Positions 12,012 to 22,899 of a DNA stretch of 33,563 bases are shown one piece after another. The stretch's first letter is position 1. Every line of letters starts with the position of its first letter. The position numbers and the translations under genes were made by a program. Source of the DNA: Asterionella formosa (Eukaryota); the NCBI GenBank assembly GCA_002256025.1, contig NKIB01000347.1, positions 1-33,563 of the forward strand. The letters run 5' to 3'. Below the pieces are notes generated by a model, which did not search any database, had not been told where the DNA came from, and was given only the letters and a program-made list of their open reading frames with translations.

Positions 12012-13001
12012 AACAGGTATCCGGGCGACTCAATCGTCGTAAGACGGACATCGTAAGGCGGGGCTTTACGTACTGGTACAGATGATTTAATCGTGCATGC
12101 TGACCTCACCACGACTCAAACAAACTTACCGGTACTGTCTGCTTCTTTGGTGAACGTTTCATCTGGAGAACTCCGCTACGGTAGACTAATGATGGTACCT
12201 GGTATGCACCGGAGAACATGACAGCATTCTGCATAACTCGGATAAACTAATAATAGCATGCCTTCGTATGTAAATATTATTCTATCGGTGATATTTACAA
12301 ACCATCTGAGTTTGGTGGTGTGGCGGGCGTGGGGTTCGCATTTCTATTCCACACAAAAATAAGAAAAGCATGATGACGATGATGGTTTAGTGGTCGCTCA
12401 GAGTACACACTCGTCTGTATGTATCATAAATAGAATTGTCAACATTATATTCGTCGACAAAGTAATATGCTGTAGAGTGGACAAATGGGAGGAAACAAAA
12501 ATACCGAAATGTTTTTTCTTGAGTATAGGTATTTATGTGCTCCGCCCCCTTTGACTTTAATGCCATACATTCATCAGTTTTGTGTAACCACGAGAAGCCT
12601 ATGATCCTTTACAAGGAAGCACACGTCTTTTGTTGTATTGTACGGGCTTCTCAAGTATGCACACAAGTTTAAGAACCCTGGCTTCACCTCCCTTTCCACG
12701 CACTTCAAAGAACAACCCTTGGTCCAAATTTGTCGATGCACAAATGCTCGCATTGACCTTCTCTTTTCATGCGAAAGCTGGCAGTCTTGACACCTTGCGA
12801 ATTTCTTGACAACTATTCGCTCTTATGATTCTTTACCATCATGTTCCGCAATACAGGCAACTATCAAGAACCAGTTACCGAATTTCGGTGTCATCCACTA
12901 GCCAAGACTTGAAGGCTTCTCATAATTTAATTTCATCTCACTATTGCTCATTATTTTCTTCTGATTAGACTGAAAACTCAAGACTTATATACAAACAAAT
13001 C

Positions 13002-14308
13002 ATGGATACTCCTAAGCCTACGACCTCCCGATTTGGCAGATATGCTGCTCTCATGGTCTTCTCCATTGTTACGTTGTCAGCAGTTGCGACGGCGATTCCC
13101 GGTAGGTAAAACTGAGATTGGTTCATCTCGTTGAGCAAAATCATGCAGTCAGCGAGCGATGGCGATTCTTCAGAAATTGAGAGTAACGACTGATGGCAGA
13201 CACAATCAGATTGTGCATGGCATCAAGTGATCCTATGTGTTGACTGCATTGATTATTCTCATCCTGCGAAAAAACCGGATTGCATCCTTTGATTGTTGGT
13301 ATAGGGTCCTTGTTTTGTATTCACTCGTGAATCTCATCCATTGTTGACTTTTTTTTGAATAAGATAATAAAAGGAGGGAAGACAAATGGGTGTTGAGTGT
13401 TGCCAGCATTAGTTTGGGCTTGACGTTCTTTGCCATTCTGGCTCACTTCAAAGCAACTTGTGACAAACAATTTACCGGCACTATGATTGAGCAAAGTGTA
13501 GCCGTCATCCTTCTTGCCCTTTGGGCAGGTGGTATGCCCGTCTTCATGAACCCCGACAATTACTTGGCCGTTTCCCCAGGATCCGCTGGACGCCCTACCA
13601 TTTACAATGCCAACATTTATTTGTAAGTCGATATTGGAGGAAAATGGAGCATGTTCGTTGCAATCGATCGGTTACAAGCTAACAGATTCATTTACTTCTT
13701 GGTTCAACAGTGGTTCATGGATGTCATTTGCTGCAATCATATTGATCTGCGGAAGCCTCTACCAGGAGGCTGCAGGTAAAGACATTGTGAGCCAAACTAG
13801 TCCAAAGACTGCCAGGTGGTTCGCCTTGATGGTGTCCTCCATCGTCGTCTTGGGATCGGCCGTCAAATTTTACAGGTCTACCGCTTGTGACAACAACCAG
13901 TCATCCGATCCTTGCACGCGCAACAAGTATGCCATTTCCCTTGGTGTCTTGGGCGTGGTCATTGGCATTCTCATGTCGTTCATGACTGCTAAAGACAAGA
14001 TTGCCTTGAAGTTTGAGGTGGTGGTCAATGTCATCACACTCGCTCTTTACGCTTTTGGTGTCGCCTACATCACGTTTGGAAATGGTCCTGGAACGACGAT
14101 TGGCAACCTCTACTTTTCCACTTGGTTGGGTTTTATTTTGAGCGTTTCCTTGACTTCCGACTGTGTTCGCGAGTACTGGTGTGCGCGCAACAGTGACGCA
14201 GCCGTCGAAGGCGATTCCAAGGACGCGGATGCCGTTGATGTCAAGGACGCGGAAGTCGGTGAAGAAGTGCCCGAGGGCCCCACGGAAGGCATGGAAGCAA
14301 AGGCCTAA
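13002..14308 (+). CDS. Multi-pass membrane protein with two 4-TM MARVEL-like halves, paralog 2; exons 13002-13101, 13364-13622, 13711-14308 (318 aa)
   Basis: Exon 1 MDTPKPTTSRFGRYAALMVFSIVTLSAVATAIP is absent from the ORF track. Introns GTAGGT 13102..AAG 13363 and GTAAGT 13623..CAG 13710 (branch GCTAAC) have the same phases (1, 2) as paralog 1. Shares NKYAISLGV and GPGTTIGNLYFSTWL; acidic C-tail. Confidence 0.9.
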
Positions 14309-14539
14309 AGTGGCCGTGCTTGGTGTCTGTCGTTTTCCAAGAACGCAAACGCGCTTGATGTACGGCGGGAGTTGGTATTTGTTTTGTGATTTTTTCATTT
14401 AACAGTGAACTATTCGATGATGTCATGGTAGTAGTGACCAGTCTAGATACATGAGAGTGAATCCACTTGACAGTAATGGCACGCAAGTCGGTGAGGACTT
14501 GGTTGAGTTTAAAATCGTCATTATAGCAAATGGAAATAT

Positions 14540-16603
14540 TTATAGTTGTCCTTTCTTGTAGCTAACAAACCGAGAAGCATTCAAGGCAGACTCTCGCCAC
14601 TGTTCAATTTCTTCATTCGACGCTTTCGATCGTTCTGATTGAATCAAGCTTTTGAATACTGGGATTGTCGCCTGGAAGTACCCCAGAACTTGTAATGAAC
14701 AGAAGACGTCTGGATGACAGTCGTCGTTTCCGTAAATGTCCATAAGAGCATTCAAAACCTCATTAACAATAGCTACATATTTGATGGGAAGACTAATCAA
14801 AGTTGAACATACGCGAGCATTGACTTGCTTTGGGTGAGTCTCGTGACTGCACAAGATTCCCAACATTTCTACCATGTTCCTTTGAATCAACGTATCTTGG
14901 GTGTCAACGAAGTTTAACATGAGTTCCAAGTCCTCAGGTTGAATTTGTTTGCGAACTTGCGAAAGTGATCTAAGCGCCACAGTCATGGTGTCGGCAATCG
15001 CCGTTGCACCACTTAATTCAAAGGCAACTAGAAGGTCTTTCCACTTTGCACCCCACCAAGGAAAGTGCTCTGCGAAGCAATTGCCGAGACACGCACCACA
15101 CTTGGATTGAACTTCCTCTAGTTCTTGCTTTATCTCTGCTGGCAACTCCACCGACTTCGCCATCAGTGGAGTGCACACAAGACGCAATAATTCGACTAAA
15201 CGTGTGGGTATACCACTGGCAACAATGGAGTGCATCAAGGACAAGTCAAAGGCCGAAACTTCTGCTGCCTGCTGCGACTGACCCTCTATAAGTTGTGCTT
15301 CTTGATCTGGTCCCCAATCAGCTTCGTCCATTAGCACCATATCATGTTCGTCCATTACTGGTTGAGAAGGACCAACAGAGGTGAGATTGGCGGTAATTTC
15401 CAATGCCAACTGCAATGGAAGCAAAGAATTGTGCCATGCTCGTCGAGCATTTTCCATGGCCTCTCGACGGTTCTCGTGATCCCGAAGGATTTGATTGTTG
15501 GTTTCGTCGTCTTGCATTTCGTCGTCCACTTCCTTGTCGATTTCGTTTCCTTGCTGTTTTTTGTGCTCTTTCATTTCCTTTTGTCGTCTAGCAATATTTC
15601 TCGCAGGTTCCTTTCTCTCGGTAACTGTTCTAATAACATCATTCTCTACCTTTTCGTCGGCTTGCTCTTCATTAAACTTAGCAAGGGTGGTTAGAAAATT
15701 GTCCAGAAGCGCCTTGGAAATTTCAGGATAAAACTCCAAACACTGAATCAAGAGTGGTAATGCTTTTGTGACCACAGCATGTTGCATCACCTGGGACTGT
15801 GAAATATGGGATGCTGCAACTAAGCAACCTGAGGCATGTAATCGAGCCGCCATGGGCATGCTGCCATGTTGCATAACGGTTCCGAGTAAATCCCAACCAG
15901 CCGTCCAACTCCTGTATAGTTCGAGATTGTCATCCAAGGCGGAATGCAATGTACGCGTGGTGTAGATGCAAACATCTTGAATCATTGGCTCGAGTTGTTC
16001 ATCTGCAGTCGTAGCCATTTGCTCTATCTCCTGCATGCCGATCTCCAGCAAACTCAAGAGAACAACCACCGAGTCAAGAGTCATGGATGAATCGGCCGGT
16101 GACAATCGCTCCAAGGCTTGTTCGTTAGACTCGACTAATCCACACAGAGCGTGTAGACATTGGACTGTCAAAGCCCACCACTGCTTTCTATTCTTTTCAT
16201 TGATATTCTTGTCCACTAGTCTGTCCCTACAATCCTGCAACCTGGTTACCAACACGACAGTCCATCCTGCGGTAATGTCCATTCTAGTTTGCTTGCCAAA
16301 CGTGACATAATTCGCCAAACACCCAGCCGCGGCTTGAGCACACTCCAAATCCGAATCCATGACGCGCTCTCGTACTGCCTGAAGAATCGGCGTATCAATG
16401 ATGCCACCAGCGCCGCTTTCCAATTCTTCCGGATTCAACCGAGTCGAAATGAGAGCAGCGAGAGCAGCATGTCTTGTCCGTGGATCTGAATGACGAAGTC
16501 GTTGGAGGAATACAGATCCTTGTTCCTTGCTATTAATAATGGTGGATGGTGCTCCCGTCTTGTTTCCGCCGCCCTTTCGTTTGCGGCGAGTTTGCTTTCC
16601 CAT
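14540..16603 (-). CDS. HEATR3: HEAT repeat protein 3 / symportin Syo1-like (uL5/uL18 import adaptor), ~687 aa, single exon
   Basis: Basic MGKQTRRKRK N-terminus (ATG at 16603) followed by HEAT/ARM helices (RHAALAAL, AAGCLANY), a central acidic loop, QLALEITANL, and C-terminal EVLNALMDIYGND and ALNASRFVSYKK. This layout matches Syo1/HEATR3. Confidence 0.8.
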   Translation of the reverse strand: MGKQTRRKRKGGGNKTGAPSTIINSKEQGSVFLQRLRHSDPRTRHAALAALISTRLNPEELESGAGGIIDTPILQAVRERVMDSDLECAQAAAGCLANYVTFGKQTRMDITAGWTVVLVTRLQDCRDRLVDKNINEKNRKQWWALTVQCLHALCGLVESNEQALERLSPADSSMTLDSVVVLLSLLEIGMQEIEQMATTADEQLEPMIQDVCIYTTRTLHSALDDNLELYRSWTAGWDLLGTVMQHGSMPMAARLHASGCLVAASHISQSQVMQHAVVTKALPLLIQCLEFYPEISKALLDNFLTTLAKFNEEQADEKVENDVIRTVTERKEPARNIARRQKEMKEHKKQQGNEIDKEVDDEMQDDETNNQILRDHENRREAMENARRAWHNSLLPLQLALEITANLTSVGPSQPVMDEHDMVLMDEADWGPDQEAQLIEGQSQQAAEVSAFDLSLMHSIVASGIPTRLVELLRLVCTPLMAKSVELPAEIKQELEEVQSKCGACLGNCFAEHFPWWGAKWKDLLVAFELSGATAIADTMTVALRSLSQVRKQIQPEDLELMLNFVDTQDTLIQRNMVEMLGILCSHETHPKQVNARVCSTLISLPIKYVAIVNEVLNALMDIYGNDDCHPDVFCSLQVLGYFQATIPVFKSLIQSERSKASNEEIEQWRESALNASRFVSYKKGQL

Positions 16604-17399
16604 GATGGATTGTACGAGATTGAATGAATTGTCTACCGCTATGGTTTTTGACGGAAGTATCAACAATGAAAAAATATTTTACATGACAATTTATATGCAT
16701 TTGAAATACGAATACCCACCGGTATATACAGGCATATGAATTCTTGGGAAATATCAATAAATGAATGGTGAATAATAGACGAGATGATCCAAATGAAACA
16801 ACCCGGAAAATAATCTTCACCATGTTGCTTCCCGCCAAGGTTGCTGAGGTCCTGGCTTGAAACTACCGGTATGTATGTAGCAGGTACCAGGTGCTACCGA
16901 TATACCTGTGGTGTGGAGTAAAAAATCACTACTACTAGGGGTTGTTGAACTGATATGGAACAGGGAACTCTTGTTCGGGGTTCATTATCAAGAATCATGA
17001 TGTATCAATTTTGATATTTAAATTTTTAACTGAAAATCATGATCTGTGGTGAAAATATCTTACACACAATTCATATACCAGAGTACTGATGAAAATGTTG
17101 CACACATATAAATTCCCATTCCAATATTTTGGCAATGGTTGAAAAAGTCAATTGGGTCAACTTTTGGACAAGGATTGCTCAACATTGGAGCAGTTTCATG
17201 AAGATTAACATATACTACAGCCATGTCCCTGTCTTATTATGTCCAGAGTGACCTTCATGCAAGAAGTTGCAATTATCCCCATTTGACTTTTTACTATCAT
17301 TGATGGTAGTCCCTCTCTACTTTTCTGAGACAATAAAAATTCCCAGAGGAATAACTGCAGCTTCTTGCCAGAAAAGAGGTCCTTACTATGATATCTGAA

Positions 17400-18200
17400 G
17401 ATAGAACACATACCCTTAATCGGACCGATGACTGTATCTAAGCATCTACAAATTGGTATTAATGGTGAAAGCTAATTTAATCTTTAACTAATTTGGTAGT
17501 TGTGTGTAGTAATGTGTGGATTGAGGTAACATCATGTACATATTTTGGTAGAATTTAGACCTCAAATGACTGCATATCTAAGTTTGAGGCTGCAACCTTA
17601 ATATAAAGAAATTCCAACTCATGTTGCTTTCAATCTGTGATTTTTTCCATGATACATGCATATTTTCCTTGCTATATGTACATCCTTTCAAACTGAAAAG
17701 CAAAGAAGGTTGGAAAAAGGTTTAATGCCTGATGGAACAATGCACAGCAAGGTGAGACACCATGAGGTAATGAGGAAGTACTAGGTAGAGACCCTTAAGA
17801 TGGAATGTTGTTGAGCCTTCTTTGCCAATAGGGTCTAGATGCACCTTGAGGCCCTCAAACCCATGCAAGAAAATTTGTTGATGTTGCAGGATGATATATG
17901 GTCAGATTACATGTTACTATGGTATCATGGAGGAGACTAACCTGTGGCCCCACTGCCTCATATCTTGTGTTTCTGAAGAGCATGCAAGTCAGATTGCTTC
18001 TTGTTGAACTTCCATCAATAAGGTTGATAAGAAAGCACTTGATCAGGATTTACGTATATGGTCTTCATTGATAGTGCAAAAAATTTCCCACACACCACCA
18101 TAAGAAATGTAAAACCAGCTACCCTGCCAAAGGTATCAGGTGATGATAGATGCTCATTCAGCTTTTGCTTTGGTCAAGTATCTATGTGACCAAGGTAGGA
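17400..18200 (+). mobile_element. Heavily decayed retroelement (possibly DIRS-type RT/RNase H) relic
   Basis: Only weak motifs (MVKANL, RLHVTMV, DQDLRIWSSL) in almost CpG-free DNA with no ORF. Confidence 0.25.
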
Positions 18201-18230
18201 CTTTTCTCCCCTATTTCTAAAATTCAGACT

Positions 18231-18377
18231 GGGGAATGGCTTAGTGGTAAATGCACATTCTGTGGTGGCTGACTTGATTCCTGCATTGTCCACCTGTCTT
18301 TTTTCATGTATTGCCTGCTAGGATTCCAGGGTGCATGGCTGACTCAGGAGATGTGCAAACCACTAAGCCATCTCCCC
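18231..18377 (+). repeat. tRNA-derived SINE-like copy ending in an inverted copy of its own 5' end
   Basis: GGGGAATGGCTTAGTGGT (A box), then a decayed B box GACTTGATTCCTGCATT, then ACCACTAAGCCATCTCCCC (reverse complement of the head) at 18359-18377. Confidence 0.75.
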
Positions 18378-19566
18378 AAATAGCAGCATATAGATATAGT
18401 TCATATATGTATATATAGCTAGCTAATGGTGGATCAGCTGACTTTGTCTAGCTTTCTAGTGCTAGTGAGGTGTGTACATGTATACCACTTCAAACTTTAA
18501 TGACTCCATCAGCAAAGCTATTGCCATCAGCATCATTGTTGAGGTTTACTCAATGAGAATTCAATTAGCAAGCAATAAAGCTACATTTTTCTATCAATAT
18601 ACTATAAATGTTTGGTTCCTTTGGGTTGTTGGCAACACCTTCTGCAGGTATACATACAATGGTGTCATTGTATACTATTATTTTAAACAAAAAATGGTTT
18701 TCCAACAAATTTTTTCACTAGAAATGTAACACTCTATGTATGTACGGCTCCATCCGTTTTGTTTGACCAACAAAGAACATTTTTGAAAAATGACTCTTGG
18801 AATGCCTACGGTACCATCTGGTAGTATTGCTCCTTGCTGCAAAGAACGTGGTTGCTTTTTCTTAAAGAATAGTATAAGTTTAGTTCTACATTATTGTACT
18901 GAAGGATCGCTCGACAAAAACGGATGATTTCCCAAATTGATGTAATAGCCCCTACATTTCGAGTCACGTAAAGTAGAACTGATATATGAGTATTTATAGG
19001 GCTTTTATTCTTGCTACTAAGTACTACCAAAAGTTACAGGTGAAAGACATCGACGTACAAGAGGTATGCACTGATAAAACGAAATGACACATTTATGTGT
19101 GACTGATCCCCAGCGCTAGCTTTATATGCATCAGGACTCGCGCGGTATGGACCAAAGTGGCCATCGTGTGAACCGATTTGGGCTATTATTGCTAACAAAC
19201 ATTTATACACGTAGAAAACAAAATGCTTGGAGCATTTATGTAAGGCAGATAGATTAACATGACATAGTCTCTGCAGTCATTTTATTGAGCCGAAGTGGGG
19301 TGTTCTATAATTATTGGTCTGGTATACATATACCGTTATGTAATAATAAGTGTATTCGGGGGGATACAGCATGCAAGAATTATTCATCGATATACAGGTA
19401 TGTACATTACGAGTCAACTGTAAATATTACAGACGTAATATTTACAGTAGCTAAGGTTTTTGATTCCAAGATTGTAACGGTGGTTGATATATCCGCACAA
19501 TATTAACTTCGTGTCTCTTTCTGAACTCAGCAACAAACGAAATCAAACATTTTTATACTACACATC

Positions 19567-22500
19567 ATGATGGAAGCACAACAAGAACAATCCTTCATTT
19601 CCGAAGATTATTCAAGCATAAACGCCTCGTCCAGGACTGTCAAAGCAGGAGGGAACAGGAGCAAGACGAAGCGACGTCAGAATGACAACAAGGACGACGT
19701 TCTTGTCAATAGTCCACACATATCTCCCATCGTGATTGACGACGACGGCGCTCAACAACAGCAAACATCAAAGCGACGCTCTTCCAGGAGTAATACAGCC
19801 ATGGTGACAAACGACGAGACTGATGATGTGTCAACACCATTACGAACAAGCAGTAAGAAGATTTCGTCATCACTCAAAGAGTCGTCATCGTCCAACAACG
19901 ACAACAATTACAAGAAGAATATTAAGAACATTAATAACAGCAGTGCTTTCTTGGCAGCATTGCACTTGAATGTCAATGAGTTGAGCAACAAATCGGAAAA
20001 TGCTCAAGCTTTGGAGGAAACGCCGAGAACCAAGAAGAAGAAGAAATTGATGGACGCTGCCACAAAAGAGTCGCCAAAGCGAAAGTCAAAAGTACGACAA
20101 ATGGAACCAGGACAGAAATCTAAAGTAATTGAGACGAATGACCCTGATGCTGAAGCAAACGAGAAGAAATCTGCAAGGAGAAAATCAAAGGGACATCCTG
20201 AAGGGGGCGTATCAAAAGAATCAAGTGCCGGAAGAAGGTCAAAAGGTACACCAACAGCACAAGAATCGAAGATTCAGGTTTCAAAGGGGGCACCAAGAAG
20301 GACATTGGCAATGCTAGTAGAAACCTCTGGCAGAGACCACGAACCTTTGCCAAACGATCCGACGAGGGAAATTCCATGGAAAGGGAGCAAAAAGGATAGG
20401 GCTTCAGACAATTGGAAGGAGGATGACTTTTTTCCAACACGAAAGGAGGTCAAGAAGAGTAAGAGTCATACTGAAGCACCAGAACAACCGATATCAGCAT
20501 TAGACGTCAACCATGATGCATTCCACTTTCCGGAATTAACATCAACATCAAGCGAGGAAGCAGCGGCGTTGAAATTGCAAAACAAGCAACCGGCAGTTCG
20601 TGGTTCCATCGATGACGACATCAGAGCCACTACTGACGTAAAAACCACTACGAAATCCGTTACAGGACAAGTAAACGAGAAGTCATCAATAGAAAGTGGA
20701 ATTGTTTCACCGTCATTGAATGAAAAAGACATCTCGGAATTCTTCATTGCTGACGTGACTTTTGAAGGATCCACATCATCGACCATTTTCGATCCCAGTC
20801 GGAAGTCCTTACTCCATCTCCTGGAGGAGGACGAGGATCTGGACGAACCTCTTCCACTGTATGCTTCCTATACTGAATCACTTGTTGATGCTTCTGGAAC
20901 AGGAGAGACTGAAACGACAAGTTCACTCAATACAAGTGCAATTGCAGGCGATCTGAGCTCACAAAATAGTAGTTCCTTGCAAAGGATTCAGATTGCGACA
21001 GGAAATATATTAAGCACGAAACATATTCTCTGGCTTGACAATCAGACGGAGCCGGAATCAATTAAATCAACTGAACGCACTTCGATTTTGAAACGCGCAA
21101 CTATTGCCTCGCCTGTGGATGCCGTGCGAGACCAAACCACCCCAAAACAACGGACTGTTCGATATAGTCAAGCCATGCCCCCGTCAGGGGGAAAACCAGG
21201 ATTCCTACGAGATACATCCCTTCCAGCCGATATTGCCATTCAGCCCCGTAATGAAAATCGCTTTTCGTCGGTCACGTTGACGAGGGATTTGCAATCAGTT
21301 GAGATCGACATAAATCCCCAGGATTTACACTTATCGTGGGGAACAAAGAAATGCAGGGATGTCATGAAGTTGGCAATCAACAAGGAAGGGAGTTATAGAT
21401 CATTTGGCACAAAGAACTTGAAGCTTTTCTCAGATGATGGCTCCGAAACCGTTGTTGAAAAACGCATGAAAAAGCGAAAGATTCTATTGGCACTTATTTT
21501 CTTCGTTGTATTGCCGAGTATTATTATTGGTATTACTGTACCAATAGTGCAAAAGAGCAAGGATTGCAATTGCGAAGAGACGTTGGCGCCATCGCAGTCG
21601 CCCTCTATAAGCATGAGTGGACTTGAAGATTTGTTGGTGCAAGTTTCGGCTGACGACGGTGATGCCTTTATGGCAGACAACACACCCCAATCACAAGCAT
21701 TTGACTGGCTCATATCTGGGACCATATCTCGATCTTCCACGGAAACTCGCGTGGTACAACGCTATGCATTGGCCACCATATATTTTGCAACAGAAGGAGA
21801 CCGTTGGTCTGTCAACTCTGGATGGCTGAGTGATAATGACGAGTGTGAATGGTTTTCCACAGATCAAGAAGTTTGCAACACCGATGGAGAGCTGATAAAT
21901 CTATCTCTGGCATACAATTCGCTTCGTGGAGAGTTGCCGAAAGAAGTTGGCCTCTTGACGAGCTTGCAGACTCTAGATCTAACAGGAAATGGTCTCATTG
22001 GATCCATCCCAAAAGAGGTGGGCAACATGACTTCACTAGGTGAGTTTCGTACCGTTGACTTGTCCTCTCAGTGTGAATGAAAATCTAAAATCCCTTTTGT
22101 CTCCTCTCCCCTCAGTTTCTCTTATTCTGACTGATAATCGCATTGATGGAGTCATTCCTAACACCCTTCAAAACCTATCTAAATTGGATACACTGGTGCT
22201 TTCGCAGAACAGCATTCTTGCCACACTACCAACTGAAATTGGACTGCTCCAAAGCTTGACGCTTTTATCATTGGCCAGCAATTACATAAGCGGTGCCTTG
22301 CCCTCCGAGATCGGAAATCTCATTAATCTTCGGTCACTGCGATTGAATGTAAATGCATTGGTCGGAACCTTACCAACTGAGCTTGGGAATGTTACTGATC
22401 TTACATTGATTGATATGTCCCAAAACTTTCTTTCAGGAAGCCTCCCATCACAACTTGGTGATTTGCAAAAACTTACGGAATTGGATCTTTCTCTGAATTC

Positions 22501-22771
22501 CTTCACTGGAAGTGTACCATCCATGTTGGGAGAATTGGTGTCATTGGAGAAACTTGACCTGTCAAGCAACAACATGACTGGGACTGTTCCTATTCAATTG
22601 TGGCAAGCTCATATCAAGGAAATATTATTTGTGAATAATAGCTTGACAGGTTCTGTTCCTGATTTTGTATGCACCTCCCTAAAAGACATGAATGGGTTAC
22701 TGGTGGTGGACTGTGACCAGATTACTTGTGAGTGTTGTTTATGTGGGACCACAACAACAAGTAAAAGATAA
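19567..22771 (+). CDS. Type II single-pass LRR receptor-like protein; exons 19567-22039, 22116-22771 (1042 aa)
   Basis: ~630-aa disordered S/K/E-rich N-terminus, then KRMKKRK followed by one TM helix. LRR cap PQSQAFDWL..QRYALATIYFAT.GDRW..GWLS..DECEWF, about ten plant-type LxxLxLxxNxLxGxLP repeats, and a VDC..CECC C-cap. Intron GTGAGT 22040..CAG 22115, phase 1. Confidence 0.92.
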
Positions 22772-22899
22772 TCTGTTTTATAGCCCATAAGTATTCATTG
22801 TGCTACCTGCTGACAAGACCTGTGCTTCCCTAGTTTTATTGACATAGGTTGAGTCCCCAACCACCTTTTGCAAAAGGTGATTGTCTTAGCTGTAGCATT

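Noticed and set aside
15004..16489. Plus-strand ORFs inside the HEATR3 gene (and similar antisense ORFs in the LRR, SAC3 and GH81 genes)
   Set aside because: Shadow frames of real coding sequence with no recognisable motifs.
16604..16666. N-terminal extensions from TTG/GTG starts (also 24513, 26427)
   Set aside because: Nuclear eukaryotic genes; the first in-frame ATGs give sensible N-termini (MGK for HEATR3).
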